Below, in pieces: positions 55,589-64,000 of a stretch of DNA of 64,000 nucleotides. The notes beneath the pieces were generated by a model that worked only from the letters and a program-made list of their open reading frames with translations, did not search any database and was not told the origin of the DNA. Within the stretch, counting starts at the first letter, position 1; the number at the start of each line of letters is the position of its first letter. The translations under genes and the position numbers were made by a program. Origin of the DNA: Eledone cirrhosa (taxonomy: Eukaryota); assembly GCA_964016885.1 (NCBI GenBank), contig OZ024749.1, positions 38,564,001 through 38,628,000 of the forward strand, in the 5' to 3' direction.

Positions 55589-56179
55589 AATAAGCAAGTA
55601 AGTAGGGCCGTCAAAGTCATGAATATGAATGCAGATTTACCTAGAACAAAAGTAATAATTGAATGCTCTATATATAAATAATACCCTCAGAAAACAAAGG
55701 CAAAAATATACAAAACATCTAGTGGATAAGACCATTGAATTCCAAATCCGTAAATAATACATTCATAAAAACAAAACCAATCATTAGATAATGTCTATAC
55801 TAGATCTAAGACATCCTCCTACCTCAGACATCATCCATATTTCCAAATAACCCTACCCCCTCTAAATATGAGTATATGGGAGACGGACTCTTTGAAACGA
55901 CATCCGTCAAATTACACAGTTTCTGTGCCAGAATAAACATTAAACAATATCTATTATTATCTGCAGCCATATATAAGAGATATGGCAACTTGAATAGACC
56001 TGTTTGTTTCTCTAGAAATTTTCTTTCGTTTCAGCTCAGCCACAGCCCAGTCTCCTCTATCTTTCGATTTCATCTTTAATTTCTCGTTCTATTTTATGAT
56101 GAACGACTAGCGACCGAAACATTAAGACTCCTTTCCTACTATATCAAGCGAAAAGTAATAATATATTTCTTTATTGTAC

Positions 56180-57110
56180 TGTGTCGTATCAAAAATGGAA
56201 CGGTGGTCGGAGGCCAGCGGAAAGATGAGGAGAGATCTGATTTTACAGGGATGAAGAAAGAAGAGGATTCCAGAAGATTCTGGGAGGCAATTCAGCAGAG
56301 TTAACAGGGCCAGTGGATGACGTGCGAATGTGTACCCCCAGAAGTGTCTCAGTTGAAATGACTTGTGGTATAGGGCACCTCTTAGAATCAGTTTTCTCCT
56401 CAAATCTGTCTATGGTATTGTACTCTCGAATACGGATTTAGTCAAGTGGGGCATATTAGATAACCCCGAGTGCGCACTCTGCCAGGGTAGACAGTCAGTG
56501 GAACACGTTCTGAGCTAATGCAGAGTAGCTCCTGCCCAAGAAAGATATACGTTGAGACACAATCAAGTGTTCAAGGAGGTCATACATGTGATAAGCGCGG
56601 CAAAAGTAAAATACGTAATACCAGAATCTCCAACAACATTCTATAAGGCAGGAGGCAGCAAATCATAGTCAGGGACAACTATGCCATGCAGGGCACGGGA
56701 ATAGAGTCTTCTGGGTGGTGCGGACGATTAGCAACGGCAAAACAAGTCCAAATCATCGGAATGAGAATGAGTGGTTTGGGGCTGGATATCGTACTTCATT
56801 CCACTTCATCAAAACAACTGATTTTGATGAAACTTATCGTGCCATTTGAAAGTAGATTAGAAGAAGCACACGTGTTGGAGACCGAAAAATACTCCACTTT
56901 GGCCAACAGCCTCAAATAAGCCGGCTTCCGAGTGAAAGTTCTCGCCATAGAGGTTAGAGCCAGAGGCTTTGTGCGCCAAATCTACCTACAATCTCATGAA
57001 GCAACTTTCAGTCCCTGTGAAAACGAGGAACAGACGAGGTAATACCAGAGGCAGCGGAAAAGAGGACCAGCTGGATCTGGTCGAGGAGGAACAAACACTT
57101 ACTTTATACC
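56180..57110 (+). pseudogene. Decayed HERO-like RLE non-LTR retrotransposon, C-terminal half
   Basis: DLWYRAPLRISFLLKSVY..KWG..ECALCQGRQSVEHVLS*C..RYTLRHNQV and LDIVLHSTSSKQLILMKLIVPFE..EKY; stops and frameshifts; 3' UTR may reach about 57520. Confidence 0.8.
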
Positions 57111-57521
57111 GTTTGAGAGGCATCGCGTTTGTATTTTAACGCAAGCCAAGGGAAATAATTCTGAGGGAGTCGTGGTTTGTAGTCGACTATACTGTTAATC
57201 CCTCACCACTACTATGACTACCAACGTTACTTTTTCAAACTCAAGAAAGCGTTTAAATATAAGTTTGAAAGCAGGGGCAACGAAGAGGTTTCCAGCTAGA
57301 TGCTGTCAACGAAATCTCTATACGGTTTAAATACACAAGTCTCTGATATCTGAATGGCTAAATGACAACTGAAGGGCACCCGGGAGTCATGACCTGGATG
57401 CTGCCCAGCGCCCCCTTTGAGTGTAAAACGTTAAGGGACAAAGCACTCGTTTGAGGACGGGGGTTCTTCTCTGAAGACCTTCTTCTGTCCAGCTCTCCTG
57501 AGAGTTTCTTTTTCTTCCCAC

Positions 57522-57604
<83 letters not shown>

Positions 57605-57606
<2 letters not shown>

Positions 57607-57749
57607 CGAAGGAAATGTGGTAAGGAACCAGATGGACCATAACGCACCAAAGTACTCAATACTTAGGGTTGTAGAGTAGGTAATAGGAACGAGTAGGACC
57701 CCGACGGCTGAGCTCAAGCCGTTTCGACTGGCTAATTCTGGACGACTCC

Positions 57750-57750
<1 letters not shown>
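57605..57750 (-). mobile_element. Family P1 mini-element (single arm)
   Basis: Tail plus arm ending ctaattctggac-gactccag. Confidence 0.78.
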
Positions 57751-57789
<39 letters not shown>

Positions 57790-57793
<4 letters not shown>

Positions 57794-58238
57794 AAAAAAG
57801 AGAAATAGGACGAAGGTAAACAGTTACAAAAGGATTTAATCCACGTATTAACAATTGTTTCATCAGAATTTCAGTCCATTATTGCTACACTATGTCATAA
57901 TAGGCAATCAAGAAAGATATCCGAATTTTCAAAATACAAAGTTGATTTTCAACTTTGTATTTTGAAAATTCGGATGTCACAGTATCTTTCTTGATTGCCT
58001 ATTATGACATAGTGTAGCAATAATTGACTGAAATTCTGATGAAACAATTGTTAATACGTGGATTAAATTCTTTTGTAACTGTTTACCTTCGTCCTATTTC
58101 TCTTTTTTGATTACACTCCTCGTTTGTTCGTGTTTCCACCACAGAATCCCGACCAACCTGTCGAGTCACCTTAACGTATGTTGATAACTTTCCTCACAAC
58201 TTGTTCTACCAAGCTTTGGAATATTCCTAATTACTGAA

Positions 58239-58240
<2 letters not shown>
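57790..58240 (+). mobile_element. Palindromic element (arms about 150 bp) plus tail
   Basis: Centre aaaatacaaagttga-ttt-tcaactttgtatttt; contains GAAAcaattgtTA (hammerhead-like stem III); tail from 58111. Confidence 0.75.
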
Positions 58241-58272
<32 letters not shown>

Positions 58273-58470
58273 GCTGTAGTACATTGTGTAGTATATTGAA
58301 ATAATTGTAAAGACCAACAAATAGCCAAGAGATAGTAAATGACACACTACACAGATCCTTACACTCCGACATTATTAAATAACACCTGAGTCCTATAGTA
58401 CATAGTGAAGAAATTGGTGTTAGAGAGGAGAGGTGAGAGATAGAGAGAAAGAGTGAGATTGAGAGAAAGG

Positions 58471-58541
<71 letters not shown>

Positions 58542-58804
58542 TGCTATGGATTCTCTCAGGCTTAATGAAGAAAGTTTGAAGTTTGAAATATAATATATTC
58601 TCTGGCTTCCGAAAACCTCAATATCGATATATAGATTATTTACAGTAATGTGTGTCTGTCTGTGTCGTGTGTGTGTGTGGGGGGGGGGGGGTATAAAAAG
58701 TAAATAGAACTAACAAAGCATACGGTAGAGTACAATGAAGAAACGTAGTTTAACGCTTGAAATAATAGGAAAAGAGTCTGAAAGTTTCGGACATATTTAT
58801 GTGT

Positions 58805-58897
<93 letters not shown>

Positions 58898-59018
58898 AGT
58901 ATGCACACGTACACGTATATATACACATACACACACATACATACATATACATATGTACGTATGGGTTATATCAAACATTAGTAATATTTCCAAACGTTCA
59001 ACAGACTAGCAGAGGAAT

Positions 59019-59061
59019 ATAGTCCTGATGAAGGGTAATGACCCAGAAACATGTTGATTGT
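59019..59061 (+). ncRNA. Minimal type I hammerhead ribozyme
   Basis: atagtc-CTGATGA-agggtaatgaccca-GAAA-catgt-T-gattgt; stem I extends gagga/tcctc; palindromic stem III ACATGT. Confidence 0.72.
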
Positions 59062-59250
59062 TCCTCAAAGCCAGTGTTGAACAAACAGGTGACCATCAGT
59101 TACCGAAACAGCACAGCTTCAAATCAGGCCGTTTGTTTACAAACGAATCGAAAATGATTATTAATGGTCGATATATACCATACTTACATATGTATATATA
59201 TATGCGTGTGTATGTATAGATATATAGATGTGTGTATATATATCTATATC

Positions 59251-59361
<111 letters not shown>

Positions 59362-59367
59362 ATATAA

Positions 59368-59885
59368 TCGGAAAAAATGAAACGAAATTTCATTTCCCAC
59401 TCTTAGTACGGCTGTTACTTAAATATAAGTATGTACACGTACATACATATATGTATACAGACGTACAATAGTATGTATATATATATACACACATGCACAC
59501 ATATATATATGTACGTATGGATTCACCGAACATTTATTATAATGCTCGGTGTGTTTGTAAACAAACATCCCGTATTAAGCCGTAGTGTCTTGCAACCATC
59601 GTTGCTCGTTTGTTCAACACTGACAAAGGAACGCTGTACTAATTTCAAGCTTATTAGCTATCGTCAACAACGTATACCTTCCTGCCAGATTGTTGAACGT
59701 ATATACTTACCTTATGCATATTAACGGCTGAGTAGCCCAATTTGCATATCGAGTGGGTTAATCGGCCGGGTGCACCCAAAACGATAAACGAAAAAAATGA
59801 AACGAAATATCATTTCCCACTCTTAGTACGGCTGTTACTTAAATATAAGTATGTATACGTACATACATATATGTATACAGACGTG
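59368..59885 (-). mobile_element. Family P5 element, partial-tandem (pseudo-LTR) form
   Basis: Direct repeats of about 97 bp at 59368-59465 and 59788-59884; hammerhead copy at about 59631-59673 has core mutations. Confidence 0.78.
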
Positions 59886-59906
59886 TATATATATATGCGA
59901 AAGACT

Positions 59907-59949
<43 letters not shown>

Positions 59950-60000
59950 AAGACAAGCAGAAATATCAAAGCAAACGACACATTACAATATAATGTAAGT

Positions 60001-60114
60001 GTTCAAATCCCGCTGAAGTTAACTTTGCCTTTCATCCATACGGGGTCGATAAAATAAAGTACCAGTAATACACTGGTTAGTTGCTGGCCTGTGCCAAAAG
60101 TAGAAACAATTATT
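60001..60114 (+). mobile_element. 5'-truncated family 1 SINE
   Basis: B box through tail. Confidence 0.8.
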
Positions 60115-60139
60115 AGTTTTACGCTTGATATAGTAGCAA

Positions 60140-60269
<130 letters not shown>

Positions 60270-60280
60270 GTGCGTGTGCG

Positions 60281-60360
<80 letters not shown>

Positions 60361-60651
60361 TCGGAATACGACCTCACTGATGCCTTATTTGTCTATCACA
60401 TTGGAATTACGTCCCTTGCTTGTAAGAGAAACCTTTATGAATATTATTCCCATTGTCAATTTTAATAAACAAACAAGGGGGGTAACTCCTATATAAGACC
60501 AGTTTAAAAGTGATCGTGAACCGTAATGAAATAGTGAAGTTTTGTTAAGAGACACTGTAACGATTCTATACACAAATATAATAGAAAGTCGACAGTAAAT
60601 ATATTGAATAGTGGTGGTAAGAAACTCTCAAGAGAGCTGGACATATGTATG

Positions 60652-61872
60652 TTCTTCTGGTTTTATAATTTCACAAAGTTTTACCAATAGAGAGAGTCGG
60701 TTTCTAACATAGACACAAGACTCTCTCATTGGAATTTACACATCAACTAGGTAGATATGTATGTATGCATGTGTAGATATGGATGTTATATGTATGTTCT
60801 TCTGGTTTTATAATTTCACAAAGTTTTACCAATAGAGAGAGAGTCGGTTTCTAACAAGACTCTCTCATTGGAATTTACACATCAACTAGGTAGATATGTA
60901 TGTATGCATGCATGTGTAGATATGGATGTTATTGTATGTGGTTGTGGATGTTTTGAGTTGTATGTGTGCATGTGTATATGCTTTGTATCTGTACATGTGT
61001 ATATATGCAGTTATTAGATGCAAAATGTTTGGAATGTTTTACATATTTTTACTGTTCCATTAATGGATTGTACTTGTAATTTCCTAACTACTTGTGTTCT
61101 TTCTGTTCCTGTGAAGCCTAGCTTCTCAAGATTTGTATTGAGGCAGTTACTAACATATCCCAGTGCCTCAATAATCACAGGCATAAATCTGAAGGTGTAA
61201 TCAAGGTGGAGTATCTGCAGATTTCTCATCAGTTCTGCATAAATATTCTCCTTTTCACTAATCTTTTATATTATATTGGCATCTGCAGGGCAGCTAATTT
61301 CCACTACTGTGCATGCTTTCTTCTCCCTGTCCCATATCATAATATCTGGTCTGTTATGCCTGCATTTTATTGGGGTTTTTACTGGAACATTCCACCAGTA
61401 CTATTTCATATTATGTACATGGATGTCTTCCACATTGTTGTAGCTTTTAATGTGTTTATTATCGGGGCTATCTTTTTTACGAACTGCATTGTACAGTGTT
61501 TTGACCACTACATCGTGCCTCATAGGTAGATAGTACCGCGATGACATCTTTGGACAGCTGCTGATGACATGGGTATGTATGTACGTATGTATGTATGTAT
61601 GTATGTATGTATGTATGTATGTATGTTCTTCTGGTTTTATAATTTCACAAAGTTTTACCAATAGAGAGAGAGTCGGTTTCTAACATAGACACAAGACTCT
61701 CTCATTGGAATTTACACAACATCAACTAGGTAGATATGTATGTATGCATGCATGTGCAGATATGGATGTTATTGTATGTGTGGATGTGTATGTTTTGAGT
61801 TGTATGTGTGCATGTGTATATGCTTTGTATCTGTACATGTGTATATGCAGTTATTAGATGCAAAATTTTTGG

Positions 61873-61903
<31 letters not shown>

Positions 61904-62160
61904 TGTATGTATGTATGTATGTATGTATGTTTCACAATTTTTTGCCTATAGAGTGAGAGTCGGTTTCTAACATAAATAGAAGACTCTTTCATTGGAATCT
62001 ACACAACATCAACTAGGTAAATATGTATGCATGTCTGCACGCGTGCACGTGTGTGCCCGGTATGGATGTTATTGTATGTGTGAATGTATATGTTTTGAGT
62101 TGTATGTGTGCATCTGCATACGCTTTGTATCTGTACAAGTGTATATGCAGTTATTACAAT
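60652..62160 (-). mobile_element. Head-to-tail array of four 5'-truncated R4-like LINE copies separated by (TATG)n
   Basis: Copies at about 60652-60789, 60797-61570, 61626-61873 and 61930-62160; three begin ttcttctggtttt directly after tatg repeats. Confidence 0.85.
61014..61570 (-). pseudogene. Restriction-like endonuclease domain of an R4-like element (two in-frame stops)
   Basis: HVISSCPKMSSRYYLPMRHD..WWNVPV..HNRPDIMIWD..VVEISCP..KENIY..PVIIEALG..GTVKICKTF. Confidence 0.85.
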
Positions 62161-62175
62161 ATGCGAACACTTAGG

Positions 62176-62395
62176 AGTCCGCATCTGAAGGAACATATTG
62201 ATATGCTAGAAAGAGTCGAAAGAAGACCAATTAAACAGGTACCTGGAGTATCAAAGATACCAAATGAAGATCGTCATAAAGAACTGAAGTTACCTACACT
62301 TGTTTTTAGGCGTTTGAGGTGGAATCTGAGAGAAGTATATAAGATATTACTCGATAAATATGATCCAAAGGTTTTACACCAATTGTGTCATTAGA
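62176..62395 (+). pseudogene. CR1-like LINE 3' fragment
   Basis: SPHLKEHIDMLERVERR..LKLPTLVFRRLR..EVYKIL. Confidence 0.75.
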
Positions 62396-62608
62396 TACGA
62401 GGCATCCTTCTACTAGAAAAGTATCTATCTATTACACGAAAAAAAAGAACGTGGTCAAATGAAATGCTAAAGAAAAATCGTTGGTGGGGGAGGTGAGAAA
62501 AGTCCTTGGGACCATATTAGAGGGTAAGTTTAATTGATAGTACACCCCAAAAGGAAATCGAAGAAAAGACGTCCGTGTTTGTGTATATATTTATACACAC
62601 ACACACAT

Positions 62609-62700
<92 letters not shown>

Positions 62701-62702
<2 letters not shown>

Positions 62703-62882
62703 CGAAGGAAATGTGGTAAGGAACCAGGTGGACCATAACGCACCAAAGTACTCAATACATAGGGTAGTAGAGTGGGTAATAGGAACCAGTAAGACCCCGA
62801 CGGCTGAGCTCAAGCCGTTTCGACGGCTAATTCTGGACAGTCCAGAATTAGCCGTCGAAACGGCTTGAGCTCAGCCGTCGGA
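62701..62882 (-). mobile_element. Family P1 mini-element
   Basis: Tail plus palindrome centred on ctggacagtccag. Confidence 0.8.
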
Positions 62883-62901
62883 TATATATATATATGCATA
62901 C

Positions 62902-62990
<89 letters not shown>

Positions 62991-62992
<2 letters not shown>

Positions 62993-63346
62993 ACATAAGA
63001 AACGGAGAACCAGTGGTGCGACGAATAAGATTTATTAGACATATTACAATCGTTTCTCTGGCGACCAGCTCGAGGCACGATCGATGCAATGATCAAACCT
63101 GACTCTGAAATCGCAAGATCCTCTACGAGACATATCTGAGGATCTTGCGATTTAAGAGTCAGGTTTGAGCATTGCTTCGATCGTGCCTCGAGCTTGTCGC
63201 CAGAAAAACGATTGTAATATGTCTAATAAATCTTATTCCTCGCACCACTGGTTCTCCGTTTCTTTTGTGATATTATACTCTGCTCTGTAAGAGCATCGAG
63301 TTCTCAAACGACATACCGCTTACGGACGCTTTAAGCATCCCACACC

Positions 63347-63349
<3 letters not shown>
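62991..63349 (+). mobile_element. Palindromic element (arms about 133 bp) plus tail
   Basis: Arms 62991-63123 and 63138-63270 with several mismatches; tail tactctgctctgtaagagcatc. Confidence 0.75.
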
Positions 63350-63416
<67 letters not shown>

Positions 63417-63482
63417 GATGGCTGCCTCCTCGTTATTAAGTATGCCCATTGCACGAAAAAAAAAATAACACACATATATATT

Positions 63483-63868
63483 AATTGCTTCTACTTTTTG
63501 GCACAAGGCCAACAATTACCCAGTACATTACTGGTACTTTATTTTATCGACCCCGTAAGGATGAAAGGCAAAGTTAACCTCGGCGGGATTTGGACTCAGA
63601 ATGGCAAGGGCCGTAACTCTATGCGTCAAAGCATGGCGTCCGACCCTCTACCGATACTGCCAATCCACCGTCATCATATATATTAATAATTGTTTCTACT
63701 TTTGGCACAAGGCCAGCAATTACCCAGTACATTACTGGTACTTTATTTTATCGACCCCGTAAGGATGAAAGGCAAAGTTAACCTCGGCGGGATTTGAACA
63801 CAGACCGTAAAGGGACGTAACTATGCTGGAAAGCATGGCGTCCGACTCTCTACTGATACTGCCAATCC
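63483..63868 (-). mobile_element. Two tandem family 1 SINEs
   Basis: Full units at about 63483-63670 and 63685-63868. Confidence 0.88.
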
Positions 63869-64000
63869 TAAATGTCTTGCACAGAGTTGGCACATTCACA
63901 GGCAATAGACGGCTGTGGTTAGACTTCACCTACTTTTACATGTCGTTTGAGCCCTCCTGCTGATCTACACTCTTTTCCAAGTGCTTCACAGGTATGATGA

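Overview
AT-rich eukaryotic DNA saturated with microsatellites. The SINE set looks like that of octopod cephalopods, but this is inferred from recalled repeats. Nearly all listed ORFs are microsatellite artefacts. The real coding content is one apparently intact R4/Dong-clade non-LTR retrotransposon (1130 aa, RT plus restriction-like endonuclease) sitting in (TAA)n, one likely first coding exon of a minus-strand host gene (11117-11365), and decayed RTE, HERO-like, R4-like, CR1-like and mariner fragments. There are also tRNA-derived SINEs (some in tandem), three DNA-type MITEs, several minisatellites and a 200-N gap. The main signal is a population of more than 25 short non-coding elements from about 12 unrelated families, all embedded in (TA)n. 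They share one layout: an inverted partial copy, a direct copy and a one-sided 3' tail. Many carry minimal type I hammerhead ribozymes with palindromic stem III, often on both strands; one has a U3-A8 core variant, and many tails share an ACTC..GAGT hairpin. The best reading is non-autonomous Penelope-like or retrozyme-like retroelements. All structures were folded by eye and nothing was computed.
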